Assembly (NCBI GenBank): GCA_963741085.1 | Contig: CAVUGM010000003.1 | Span: 267,447 to 331,446 of the forward strand | Reading direction: 5' to 3' | Length of the DNA stretch: 64,000 bases | From: an uncultured Chloroflexia bacterium | Lineage (GTDB): Bacteria; Chloroflexota; Limnocylindria; Limnocylindrales; CSP1-4 | Shown here: one piece after another, positions 42,961 through 51,895 of the stretch | Position numbering within the stretch: position 1 is the first letter of the stretch | Layout: each line of letters begins with the position of its first letter | Program-made: the position numbers and the translations under genes | The notes under the pieces: generated by a model | Databases searched by the model: none | What the model was told of the DNA's origin: nothing | Seen by the model: the letters and a program-made list of their open reading frames with translations, nothing else

Positions 42961-43668
42961 ATGGCAACGCCTGCGGTCGAGGCCGAGCTCGAAGGCGCCC
43001 GCATCGTCGCCTTCCCGCTGCGTGGCGAGTGGAGAGCCGTCCATACCCCGGCGAGCCGGATCCCGAGCCACGGCACCGACATGCTCGGCCAGCGCTACGC
43101 GTTCGACTTCATCCGGTCCGATCCAAGGAGGGGCTCCCTGTACCATCCCGCCGGCGGCTTGCGGACGCTGCTCACCGGCGTGCCCACCCACGAGTGCCAT
43201 GGCTGGGGCGAGCCGATCCACGCCCCGCTCGACGGGGTAGTGGTCGCGGTCAGGGACGGGCTCCCGGAGCGCAGAAGGATCCACCCCGTCCGGGAGCTCG
43301 TGCTGGCCCTCAAGAACAGCCTGACCTTCCGCCCTACCCCGGGCCACCTCGATCGCGTCATGGGCAATCACGTCGTCCTCCGGTGTGGCGACGTCTACGC
43401 CGGGTTCGCCCACCTCACGACCCGCTCGGTGGCGGTGGTGGCCGGCCAGCAGGTACGGGTCGGGGATCTTCTAGGACGGGTCGGGCACACGGGCAATTCG
43501 ACGGCTCCCCACCTCCACTTCCAGCTCATGGACGACCCCGACCCGCTTGCTGCGCACGGCGTCCCATGCGGATTCTTCGAGTACGACGTCTGGCGCGACG
43601 GTGCCTGGCGGCGTATCGAGAACGCGATCCCGAGGGACACGGACTGGATCCGTTCGGTATCCGGCTGA
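42961..43668 (+). CDS. M23-family metallopeptidase.
   Basis: Contains GQRYAFDF, GNHVVLRCGDVYAGFAHL and GRVGHTGNSTAPHLHFQLMD. Confidence 0.8.
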   Translation: MATPAVEAELEGARIVAFPLRGEWRAVHTPASRIPSHGTDMLGQRYAFDFIRSDPRRGSLYHPAGGLRTLLTGVPTHECHGWGEPIHAPLDGVVVAVRDGLPERRRIHPVRELVLALKNSLTFRPTPGHLDRVMGNHVVLRCGDVYAGFAHLTTRSVAVVAGQQVRVGDLLGRVGHTGNSTAPHLHFQLMDDPDPLAAHGVPCGFFEYDVWRDGAWRRIENAIPRDTDWIRSVSG

Positions 43669-44811
43669 TCAGTCGAAGTGCGCCGCCCTGCTCGCGGCCG
43701 GGCGCGACGTGGACGCGGGCGCGGGCGCTGCCTCCTGGCGGAGCGGTCCGACAGCCTGGTCGGGGCGACGGGACGACCGATGTAGAACCCTTGCGCGTAT
43801 TCGACGCCGAGATCGTCGAGGTAGGCGAGGGTCGCCTCGTCCTCGACACCTTCGGCCACGAGCCGCTTGCCGAGACGGTGCCCAAGAGCGACGACGGCCT
43901 CGACGATCGCCCTGTTCCGCGTATCGGCCAGCACGCCGGTCACGAACGACCTGTCGATCTTGAGGTAGTCGACCGGCAGATCGCGCAGGCGCCCGAGAGA
44001 CGAGAAGCCTGCCCCGAAGTCGTCGATCGCCGTCTGGACTCCGAGCTCGCGGGCGCGCTCGACAACGTCGCCCACGCGCTCGGGGCTCTCGAAGATCCCC
44101 TCCTCGGTGACCTCGAGGATGACCATGCCCGCCGCCAGGCCGTGACGCTGGAGTGCGCCGCGCACGAGTGCGAGGAAGCCCCGGTCCTCGAGCGAGTCAC
44201 GCGACACGTTGACGCTGATCCGGATCGCGAGCCCGGCGTCACCCCATGCCCGGCCCTGCGCGCAGGCGAGGTCGAGGACGCAGGACGAAGTGGACGAGGG
44301 CCATGCCCCCGCCGAGGATGACGATCACGACGTTCGACCAGACCCGCCAGGCGAACATGTCCCGGCGGAGGCTCGCCGTCGGAAGGGCGAGCAACCCGAG
44401 GAGCATGAGCGGATAGAAGCCGAGGTAGAACGCGTCCGCGATCGAAGGGAACGGCTGCTGGCCAACCTGGTCGTAGACGCCATAGACGACGTTCCCGATG
44501 AGGTTCGCGCCGAAGGCGATGGTGAACATCCACCAGGCGAGACGCGCCTGACGGCGGGGCTCCCGGGCGACGATCGCGATGCCCAGCGCGATCCCGATCA
44601 TCTCGAGTGGAACATCTCCGAAGTCGGAGAGGAACGCGGCGCCTTCGGCTCCCGCTGGCCTGCCAACGTAGGCGCAGACGTAGAGGAACAGGTATGCGAC
44701 ACCGACCAGGGCGAGGACGCCCGTCCAACCTCGCCAGAAGGCGCCGATTCCCGATCGATCGAACCGCTCGCGTCGTGCGAGCGGCATCGCGATCGGGGGT
44801 CCCAGGCTCAT
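43669..44811 (-). pseudogene. Remnant of a membrane-sensor cyclic-di-GMP phosphodiesterase. An N-terminal multi-TM domain is joined out of frame to the distal half of an EAL domain. The 3' end is uncertain.
   Basis: ORF 44239..45111 gives a TM sensor (start MSLGPPIAMPLA at 44811) ending ...VIVILGGGMALVHFVL. From about 44279 a different frame reads VLDLACAQGRAWGDAGLAIRISVNVSRDSLED...VILEVTEEGI...AIDDFGAGFSSLGRLRDLPVDYLKIDRSFV...VAEGVEDEATLAYLDDLGVEYAQGFYIGRP (ORF 43395..44207). No PAS, GGDEF or proximal EAL segment is present. Confidence 0.7.
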
Positions 44812-45190
44812 CGTCCCGGGACGAGCAAGGTCGTCAGCAGGGTGGAGGACACGGCCGAAGTGTCGGCGACGATCCCGAGAGGGTCCACCGTACGCGCGGT
44901 GCGGCGCCGTGCGCCGATGGTCCCGCGGCGCATCGAGCGTGCCGCCTCCCCGACCCTGCCCCCGGGCGTCCGCCCGGATCCCGGCGTCGGGCCCGTGAGC
45001 GGTGAAGATTGCGATTTCTATATCCCGATCTGGACATAACCGCAACCTGGTCCTCCGACACTCCGCGCCACGGAGAGATGGTGGGGCTCTCTCGGGGGGG
45101 ACCGCTGACACAACACCCGTGTCAGCGGTCGCCCTGGTCCCGTCGCGAAGCCGACTGCCAGCGGCTGACGGTGCAGCTCCGTTCCGGGGC

Positions 45191-45220
45191 TTGACATGTG
45201 ACTAGATTGTCACATAACCT
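45191..45220 (+). promoter_or_regulatory. Promoter (TTGACA, 18 nt, TAACCT) with an embedded 7-6-7 palindromic operator ATGTGAC-TAGATT-GTCACAT, upstream of the ArsR-SRPBCC gene.
   Basis: TTGACA at 45191-45196; arms at 45196-45202 and 45209-45215 are exact reverse complements; TAACCT at 45215-45220; ATG at 45229, 8 nt downstream. Confidence 0.6.
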
Positions 45221-45228
45221 TCCGCCTC

Positions 45229-45981
45229 ATGGACCCGGTGTTCAGGGCACTCGCCGACCCGACGAGGCGCCGCCTGCTCGACGAGCTCTTCCGTGAGGAC
45301 GGCCAGACGCTCGGGGCGCTCGAGAGGCGCTTCGGGATGACCCGTTTCGGGGTGATGCGCCACCTGCGGGTGCTCGAAGAGGCTGGCCTCGTCGTCACGA
45401 AACGGCGAGGCCGCGAGAAGCTGCACTTCCTGAACCCGGTCCCGATCAGGCTCGTCCACGACCGCTGGGTGAGCAAGTACGCGGAGCCCTGGGCGGCGGC
45501 CCTCGGCGACCTCAAGGAAAGGCTGGAGCGTCCCGTGGAGAAGGTGTTCGAGATCTACATCAAGACCACGCCAGAGCGCCTCTGGGAGGCGATCACGAAC
45601 CCGGAGATCCGGGCCAAGTACAACTTCGGGGCCCGACAGGTCACCGACTGGACGCCCGGCTCGCACTACGAGATGGGCGCGCCGGGCGCGCCCGGGCTGC
45701 TTGGCGAGGGCGTCAACCTGGAGGTCGACCCGCCGCGCCGCCTGGTCCAGAGCATGGTCGCCCTGTGGGGCGAGGACGTGAAGGCCGAAGGTACGTCGCG
45801 GGTCTCCTGGGTCATCGAGCAGGTCGCCGACTCCTGCCGCCTCACGGTGACCCACGATCAGCTGCGGGAGGGCGCCAACGAGGAGCTCTACGGCGGCTGG
45901 CCGATGATCCTGTCCGGCCTCAAGACGTGGCTCGAAACGGGTGAGCTTCTCACGACCCCGGGCTCGCTGATGTACTCCTGA
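45229..45981 (+). CDS. ArsR-family HTH regulator fused to an SRPBCC (AHSA1/START-like) domain.
   Basis: Sequence: VFRALADPTRRRLLDELFREDGQTLGALERRFGMTRFGVMRHLRVLEEAGLV, followed by a roughly 150-aa domain (EIYIKTTPERLWEAITNPE...). Confidence 0.85.
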   Translation: MDPVFRALADPTRRRLLDELFREDGQTLGALERRFGMTRFGVMRHLRVLEEAGLVVTKRRGREKLHFLNPVPIRLVHDRWVSKYAEPWAAALGDLKERLERPVEKVFEIYIKTTPERLWEAITNPEIRAKYNFGARQVTDWTPGSHYEMGAPGAPGLLGEGVNLEVDPPRRLVQSMVALWGEDVKAEGTSRVSWVIEQVADSCRLTVTHDQLREGANEELYGGWPMILSGLKTWLETGELLTTPGSLMYS

Positions 45982-46065
45982 GCGCATGGCGCCCGCGGCT
46001 CCCCGGCGGGAGGCGCCCGCGACACCGCGTCGCCCTTGCGTCCCCGTCGGGCCGGGTGCCCGGCG

Positions 46066-47484
46066 TCAGGGTTTCGACGAAGGCCGCGCGCTCGCGCTCG
46101 GCGACGGTTTGGCTACCGTCGGGAACAGCGCCCGGGCCAGGATCCGGACGACATCGTCGCCGACGAACGTGTCCCGATTGAACAGGACCGCCACGGCCAC
46201 GCCTTCGGCGGGGAAGTAGCGGATGCCTGCGCGCGTTCCGGCCAGGGCGCCCGTGTGGCCGTAGGCAATTCGCCCCTGGAAGGTCACCCGGCTCACGCCC
46301 AGGCCGTACGCCGAGATCGTCCCGTACGAGTAAGCCTTCACGAACGTCAGCATCTGGCGACGGGTGGCCGGGGTGAGGACGTCCCCGGCGTAGAGCGTCC
46401 TGGCCCATTGCGCCAGGTCGGCCGTCGTGGATGCGATCGCCCCGGCTGATCCCGCCGCGGTGACGACCGACGTGAACGGCACGACGTCGGTCCCGTCGGT
46501 GCGGGCCTGCGGCGTGGGGCCCTTGTTGCCGGCGATGATCTGGTAGGCGCGCGCCGGGGCGACGGCGGGCTGCTCGTCACCCTGGACGTAGGTCGATGCC
46601 AGCCCGAGCGGGTCGAGCAGCTCGGAGCGAACGAGCGCCGCCCAGGGGGCTCCCCCGACCTGCTCCGCGACGAGGCCGAGCAACGCGTAGTTGGAGTTCG
46701 AGTAGTCCCAGCCCTTCCCCGGCGGGAAGACTGCCCCCGGCGGCTCGTAGGCGTCGAGCGCCGCCTGTGGCGTCCAGGTCTGTCCCTTGTGCAGGTTCAG
46801 GACCGCGTCGAACTTGGCGCTCTGGAGGTAGTCGGGGATCCCCGAGGTGTGATTGAGGAGCATCCGGATCGTGATGGCGCCGGCGTTCGGCCAGGCCGGG
46901 ATCCAGCGCGAAAGGCGGTCGTCCAGCCCGAGCCGGCCCTCGTCGACGTAGCGCAGGATGAGGGCGGACGTGAACGTCTTGGTCACGCTGGCCGCCGCGA
47001 AGGGTGTCTCGGGGGTGACCTGGCGGCCGGTCTTCACGTCAGCCAGGCCTCGCACGCCGGTCCACGAGGAGCCGTCGGCGAACGTCACGGTGGCCTCGAC
47101 GCCCGGCAGCCCGAGCGACTTCTGGGCAGCAGCAAGGGCCCGGTCGAGGCGCGCGACGAGCGCCGGGGCGACGGCCGGTGGCGTCGGCAGCGGCGAGGGG
47201 GTCGGCGACGCGGTCGGCGCCGCGGCCGTGGGCGGGCTCTGTGCGCCCGGCGCCGCGGACGGGGGCGAGGCTGCCCCCGGGGCACTCGCACCGGGGCCGG
47301 GGCTGGCGCCGCCGATCGCGGGGTGGGAGGCCGCCGCGGTCCGACCGTCGGCACCCGGGGTCCCGGCGGCCACGCTCCATCCGGCGACCAGGCTGACCCC
47401 GAACACGGCGACCAGCGCGATCCCGACGGCGAGGCGGCGGCCCAGGCGCCCGCGACGGGCAGGCATCGACCAGGGCTCGGTCAT
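46066..47484 (-). CDS. Secreted serine hydrolase (beta-lactamase class C / DD-peptidase-related).
   Basis: ATG 47484 overlaps the ligase stop (ATGA). It has an N-terminal TM/signal, a Pro/Ala/Ser linker, the SxxK motif FAAASVTKTFTSAL, the YxN motif WDYSNSNYALLG, and HTGALAG. Confidence 0.85.
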   Translation of the reverse strand: MTEPWSMPARRGRLGRRLAVGIALVAVFGVSLVAGWSVAAGTPGADGRTAAASHPAIGGASPGPGASAPGAASPPSAAPGAQSPPTAAAPTASPTPSPLPTPPAVAPALVARLDRALAAAQKSLGLPGVEATVTFADGSSWTGVRGLADVKTGRQVTPETPFAAASVTKTFTSALILRYVDEGRLGLDDRLSRWIPAWPNAGAITIRMLLNHTSGIPDYLQSAKFDAVLNLHKGQTWTPQAALDAYEPPGAVFPPGKGWDYSNSNYALLGLVAEQVGGAPWAALVRSELLDPLGLASTYVQGDEQPAVAPARAYQIIAGNKGPTPQARTDGTDVVPFTSVVTAAGSAGAIASTTADLAQWARTLYAGDVLTPATRRQMLTFVKAYSYGTISAYGLGVSRVTFQGRIAYGHTGALAGTRAGIRYFPAEGVAVAVLFNRDTFVGDDVVRILARALFPTVAKPSPSASARPSSKP

Positions 47485-48572
47485 CGGCCCGTACTGCCCA
47501 GGACCTGGGCCAGCTCGAAGGGCGGGGTCGCCTCGAGCTGGTCGTAGCGGCAGTCGGCGGGCCTGCGGTCGGGACGCCAGCGCACGAGCCGCGTGGCGTG
47601 GCGGAACCGGTCGCCCTGGAGGTGATCGTAGGCGACCTCGGCGACGCGCTCGACGCGAAGGGGCTCCCAGGAAAGGTCCTTGCCGCGGTTCCAGCGGCTC
47701 TGGGCTCCCGGCATCCGGCGCCCGTACGCTGCCTCCGCCAGCTCTGGGCTGGCCCAGTCGCGCCACGGGTGGCCGTCGAGGGCGTCGCGGCGCAGGTCCG
47801 CCAGCTCCTCGACGAGCTCACTCCGGCGCACAGCCGAGAAGCCTGACGCGACGCCGACGTGGTGGAGCGTGCCGTCCTCGTCGTGCAGACCCAGGATGAG
47901 CGACCCGACGCCCGTGCCGGCCTCGTCCTTGTGCCATCGAAACCCCGCAACCGCCACGTCGGCCGTCCGGGCGTGCTTCACCTTCGCCCAACCTCGCTTC
48001 CCGGGCTGGTACGGCCCGGCGAGGGGCTTGGCGATGACGCCGTCGAGACCGGCACCCTCGAAGCGGGCGAACCAGTCGGCCGCCAGGGCCCGGTCCTCGG
48101 TCATCGGCGTGAGGTGGACGCCCGGAACGCCGGCCGCGAGGCTCGCGAGCAGCCGGTTGCGGCGCTCGACGTACGGCCGATCGCGCAGGTCCTCGTCGTC
48201 GAGGGCGAGCAGGTCCCAGGCGACGAAGCGTGCGGGGGTCTCGGCCGCGAGCAGGCGGACCCGGGATTCCGCCGGGTGGATCCGTAGCAGGAGCGCGTCG
48301 AAGTCGAGCCCCCGTGGCCCCGCGATCACGATCTCGCCGTCGACGACGCAGCGCTGCGGGAGCGCGTCACGGAGGGGCGCCGCGAGCTCCGGGAAGTAGC
48401 GGTCGAGCGGTCGCAGGTCGCGGCTCTGGAGGAGCAGCTCGTCGCCGTCGCGGAACACGACCGCCCGAAAGCCGTCCCATTTCGGTTCGAACGCCCAGCC
48501 GGGGCCGTCCGGTAGCGACGGCTGCGGCTTCGCCAGCATCGGCTCGAGCGGAGGCGGAACGGGAAGGCGCAC
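47481..48572 (-). CDS. ATP-dependent DNA ligase (LigC / LigD-ligase-domain type).
   Basis: The GTG at 48572 lies 6 nt downstream of CATAAT, so it looks leaderless. It contains PMLAKP, the adenylation motif FEPKWDGFRAVV, VVDGEIV, LDGVIAKP, WAKVKH and the OB-domain tail RFRHATRLVRWRPDR. Confidence 0.85.
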   Translation of the reverse strand: MRLPVPPPLEPMLAKPQPSLPDGPGWAFEPKWDGFRAVVFRDGDELLLQSRDLRPLDRYFPELAAPLRDALPQRCVVDGEIVIAGPRGLDFDALLLRIHPAESRVRLLAAETPARFVAWDLLALDDEDLRDRPYVERRNRLLASLAAGVPGVHLTPMTEDRALAADWFARFEGAGLDGVIAKPLAGPYQPGKRGWAKVKHARTADVAVAGFRWHKDEAGTGVGSLILGLHDEDGTLHHVGVASGFSAVRRSELVEELADLRRDALDGHPWRDWASPELAEAAYGRRMPGAQSRWNRGKDLSWEPLRVERVAEVAYDHLQGDRFRHATRLVRWRPDRRPADCRYDQLEATPPFELAQVLGSTGR

Positions 48573-48681
48573 CCGGGGATTATGGCCCCCCGGCGCCGGA
48601 TGCCGCGGGCGGGCGAACGTCAACCGCGGGGCGCTCGAACGGCAGGACGCCGGACGCCCAAACGACGTGACGCTTCCGATC

Positions 48682-50391
48682 TCAGGCCGGCTCGTAATCC
48701 TGGTAGTCGGGCCACCAGATTGCCGCGTCGACCGCCCGGGCGGCGACCTCCATCCCCACCTGGCCGGCCGGCAGCGGCTCCCCATCGAGCGTCCCGATGC
48801 TGGCCACCACGGCGATCGCGATCTCCCGCGAAACCGACCGCAGGTCCGCCACTGGCGGGTAGAGCGCCCCGCAGGCGAGGCGTTCGCCCGGCACGAGGCC
48901 GGCCAGCGTGCGGGCGGCCACCAGGAACTCGTGGTCGCGGATGACCCGTGCCCCGGCGACGATCGCTCCGAGCCCGACGCCGGGGAAGATGAACGAGTTG
49001 TTGGCCTGGCCCACGACGCAGGTGCGCTCGCCCCGGCGGACGGGCGGGAACGGGCTGCCGGTCGCGACCATCGCGCGCCCGTCGGTCCAGTCGGCCACCT
49101 GCTCGGGAGTGGCCTCGGTCTTGCTGGTCGGGTTCGAGAGGGGGAAGACCAACGGCGCCGGGCAGCCGGCGGCAAGCTCGCGGAGCATCGGCTCGGTGAA
49201 GGCGCCCGGCGTCTGCGTGGTCCCGATCAGCGTTCCGGGACGAACCGCGCGGATGACGTCGACGGGCGACGCGTCGGGAGCGATGCCGAGGGCGGCGAGG
49301 TCTTCATCCGCGAGCCCGACCGCCGCCTTGTCGTCCTCGATCCCGCGCCGGCTGGCGTAGACGAGCCCCTTCGTGTCGAACAGGATCGTGGACCGCCGCG
49401 TCTTGGTCGGGTCGGCCCCGGCGGCGCGCTGCGCGGCATGGACCAGGCGGGCGATGCCGATCGAGGCCGCGCCCGCGCCCAGGAAGACGAAGCCCTCGTT
49501 CGTGAGCGGTCGCCCGAGGTGGTCGAGCCCGGCAAGGATCCCGGCCAGGACGACGGCCGCCGTCCCCTGGATGTCGTCGTTGAACGATGGCAGGCGATCC
49601 ACGTAGCGGTCGAGGATCCGGATGGCGTTGTGCTGCTTGAAGTCTTCCCACTGGAGGATCGCCCGCGGGAAGACGGCCTTGACGCCCTCGACGAACGCCT
49701 CGATGAAGGCGTCGTAGTCGGGGCCGCGGAGGCGCGAGTGGCGCCAGCCGAGGTAGAAGCGGTCGGACAGCAGGGCCGCGTTGTCGGTTCCCACGTCGAG
49801 CGAGATGGGCAGGGTCCAGGCCGGGTGGATGCCCGCGCCGGCCGAGTAGAGCGCCAGCTTGCCGACCGGGATCCCCATCCCGCCGGCACCCTGGTCGCCG
49901 AGGCCCAGGATCCGCTCGTTGTCGGTCGCCACGATCAGGCGCACTTCGGTCTGGGAGGCGTTCCGCAGGACCTCGGGAATCCGGCCCGCGTCGGCCGGGG
50001 TGATCCAGATCCCGCGCGGCCGGCGGAAGATGTGGCTGTACTCCTGGCAGGCACGCCCGACCGTCGGCGTGTAGACGACGGGCAGGAACTCCTCCAGGTT
50101 CTCCGCCAGGAGCCGGAAGAAGAGCGTCTCGTTGCGGTCCTGGAGCGCGGCCAGGCCGATGAACTTCTCGAGGTCGTCGGCCTTGCGACGGACGTGCTCG
50201 AGCTCGAGGGCCAGCTGCTCCTCGATCGGCATCACGTGCGTCGGCAGCAGGCCATGCAGGCCGAACCAGTCGCGCTCCGCCTCGGTAAACGCGGCGTCCT
50301 TGTTGTAGAGCGGCCGGCCCAGGAGGGAGCGGCCCCGGAACGCCACTCGGAGCGGCGTCAGCTGGTCGGGAGATGCGGCGATCGGGCTCAA
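48682..50391 (-). CDS. NAD(P)-dependent malic enzyme, intact. Apparent TTG start.
   Basis: 569-aa ORF. It contains NKDAAFTEAERDWFGLHGLLP, VVYTPTVGRACQEYSHIFRRPRG, VATDNERILGLGDQGAGGMGIPVGKLALY, FNDDIQGTAAV, FLGAGAASIGIA and PLSNPTSKTEATPE. Confidence 0.9.
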   Translation of the reverse strand: MSPIAASPDQLTPLRVAFRGRSLLGRPLYNKDAAFTEAERDWFGLHGLLPTHVMPIEEQLALELEHVRRKADDLEKFIGLAALQDRNETLFFRLLAENLEEFLPVVYTPTVGRACQEYSHIFRRPRGIWITPADAGRIPEVLRNASQTEVRLIVATDNERILGLGDQGAGGMGIPVGKLALYSAGAGIHPAWTLPISLDVGTDNAALLSDRFYLGWRHSRLRGPDYDAFIEAFVEGVKAVFPRAILQWEDFKQHNAIRILDRYVDRLPSFNDDIQGTAAVVLAGILAGLDHLGRPLTNEGFVFLGAGAASIGIARLVHAAQRAAGADPTKTRRSTILFDTKGLVYASRRGIEDDKAAVGLADEDLAALGIAPDASPVDVIRAVRPGTLIGTTQTPGAFTEPMLRELAAGCPAPLVFPLSNPTSKTEATPEQVADWTDGRAMVATGSPFPPVRRGERTCVVGQANNSFIFPGVGLGAIVAGARVIRDHEFLVAARTLAGLVPGERLACGALYPPVADLRSVSREIAIAVVASIGTLDGEPLPAGQVGMEVAARAVDAAIWWPDYQDYEPA

Positions 50392-50789
50392 TGGGTTACC
50401 ACCACGGTTGCGGAGGAATGGGTGACGACGTGCTCCGAAACCCTGCCGCGGAGCGCCTGGTCGAGAGCGCTGAGGCCGCGCGAGCCGATGACGATGGTGT
50501 CGAAGCCACCCTCGACGGCAATCCGCTCGATCGTACGGGCCGGATCGCCGAGCGGCTCCAGTAGGTCGACGTGGAGGCCGTGCTCGGCGAGTGCGCGCTG
50601 GGCGTCATGCAGCTCGCGGGCGTGGGCCTCCCCGCCGTCCCACGGCTCGGTGGGCGTGCCGTCGGGACCGACCGGCACGACGGATACCACGGAGAGGGTT
50701 GCGCGGAATGCCAGCGCCAGCTCGGCGGCGGTCTCGAGCGCCCGGCGTGCCGGCTCTCCCCCGTCGTATGCGAGAAGGATCCGTTCCAT
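50388..50789 (-). CDS. Universal stress protein (UspA family).
   Basis: Sequence: MERILLAYDGGEPARRALETAAELA...FDTIVIGSRGLSALDQALRGRVSEHVVTHSSATVVVTH. The stop overlaps the malic-enzyme start. Confidence 0.85.
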   Translation of the reverse strand: MERILLAYDGGEPARRALETAAELALAFRATLSVVSVVPVGPDGTPTEPWDGGEAHARELHDAQRALAEHGLHVDLLEPLGDPARTIERIAVEGGFDTIVIGSRGLSALDQALRGRVSEHVVTHSSATVVVTH

Positions 50790-50942
50790 CGCCTGACTCC
50801 CGCACGCGAGTCGGCCTGACGCCGGGCCGGCTCGGTCTACCGGGCAAGGTTCGGCCTGGGACCGCAAGGCGGGTAGGGCGCTTCGATGCGAACTGCCGGG
50901 CCGGTCGGATCGGGCACGGGGGCCGGCCGACCCGAGGAAGGG

Positions 50943-50968
50943 TCGAGCCCGGCGGGAGCCGGGCTCGA
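50943..50968 (-). terminator. Perfect 11-bp GC hairpin (TCGAGCCCGGC-GGGA-GCCGGGCTCGA) in the L25/USP intergenic region.
   Basis: Arms at 50943-50953 and 50958-50968 are exact reverse complements. It lies about 120 nt downstream of the rplY stop. There is no U-tract. Confidence 0.4.
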
Positions 50969-50997
50969 GGATGGACCTTCTGTGGCGCCGATCGGCG

Positions 50998-51078
50998 GCG
51001 GCCCGAGGTCGTCTCCGGCCGCGGTGCGGCCCGAGGTCGTCGTGCCGGCCGCGGATCGGGTCGGGGTCCCGGCCGCGG
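50998..51078. repeat. About 2.5 tandem copies of a 27-29-nt GC-rich unit (GCGGCCCGAGGTCGTC..CCGGCCGCGG) just downstream of rplY.
   Basis: Copies at 50998-51024 and 51026-51054, with a degenerate third copy ending about 51078. Each copy carries the CCGGCCGCGG self-complementary core. Confidence 0.6.
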
Positions 51079-51089
51079 CGCGGCTACGG

Positions 51090-51743
51090 TCAGGCCTCGG
51101 AGCCCTCCGGTGAGCCCTCGGCGGGCGCGGCGGCAGCCTCGACGGCGGCCTCCACGACCGGGGCGGCCTCGACCTCCTGGACACGCGGTGGCGAGACCTT
51201 GAAGACGATCTCGTCGGGATCGGTGAGGAGCTGGACGCCGTCGGGGATCGGGAGGTCGCGAGCGTGGATCGCCGCGTCGAAGTCCACCAGGGAGGCGAGG
51301 TCGACCTCGATCACCTGCGGCAGGTGATCGGGCCGTGCCCGGACCTTGACGCTGCCGCTGGCGTTGAGGAGCGTGCCGCCGAGCTTGGAGACCGCCTCGG
51401 ACTCGCCGGTGCCGTGGACCGGGACGTCGACGGTGAGCTCCTCGGTCATGCGCACGGCGAAGAGGTCCACGTGGATCGGGCGGCGGTTGACCTTGTGGAT
51501 CTGGACGCCGTGGACCAGGACCGGCTTCGCCTTGGCGCCGTCGACCGAGAGGTCGATGAGGGCGTTCGGGCCGACGTGGCGCCGCAGCAGGTTGAACTCG
51601 TGGGCGTCGAGCGTGACCGGCGCCGATTCCATGCCGTGGCCATAGACGACGGCCGGGAGGCGGCCGTCGCGACGCAGGCCGGCAACAGCCTTGCCGGTGA
51701 CGGTGCGGTGCTCGGCGGCGAGCGCGGGGCGGGTGGACGTCAT
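51090..51743 (-). CDS. rplY: 50S ribosomal protein L25 / general stress protein Ctc (long form).
   Basis: Sequence: MTSTRPALAAEHRTVTGKAVAGLRRDGRLPAVVYGHGMESAPVTLDAHEF...PIHVDLFAV, with an acidic Ala/Glu tail. The ORF-track entry 51090..52748 over-extends upstream. Confidence 0.9.
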   Translation of the reverse strand: MTSTRPALAAEHRTVTGKAVAGLRRDGRLPAVVYGHGMESAPVTLDAHEFNLLRRHVGPNALIDLSVDGAKAKPVLVHGVQIHKVNRRPIHVDLFAVRMTEELTVDVPVHGTGESEAVSKLGGTLLNASGSVKVRARPDHLPQVIEVDLASLVDFDAAIHARDLPIPDGVQLLTDPDEIVFKVSPPRVQEVEAAPVVEAAVEAAAAPAEGSPEGSEA

Positions 51744-51895
51744 GGATGATCCTCTGGTGCGTGGCAGTCTCGTCGGTGGCGGCGCCGGGCCGGGCGCGAC
51801 CATGGGGCGACGGCGCGGCCGTCCTCGCGGCCGGGCGCCCGATCGTGCGCAGGGTAGCACGCCTGTGGCGGGGACCGGTGTAGGATCGCCCCGGA

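Noticed and set aside
48667-50796. 709-aa + strand ORF
   Set aside because: It is antisense to the malic enzyme and USP genes, and it has no family features.
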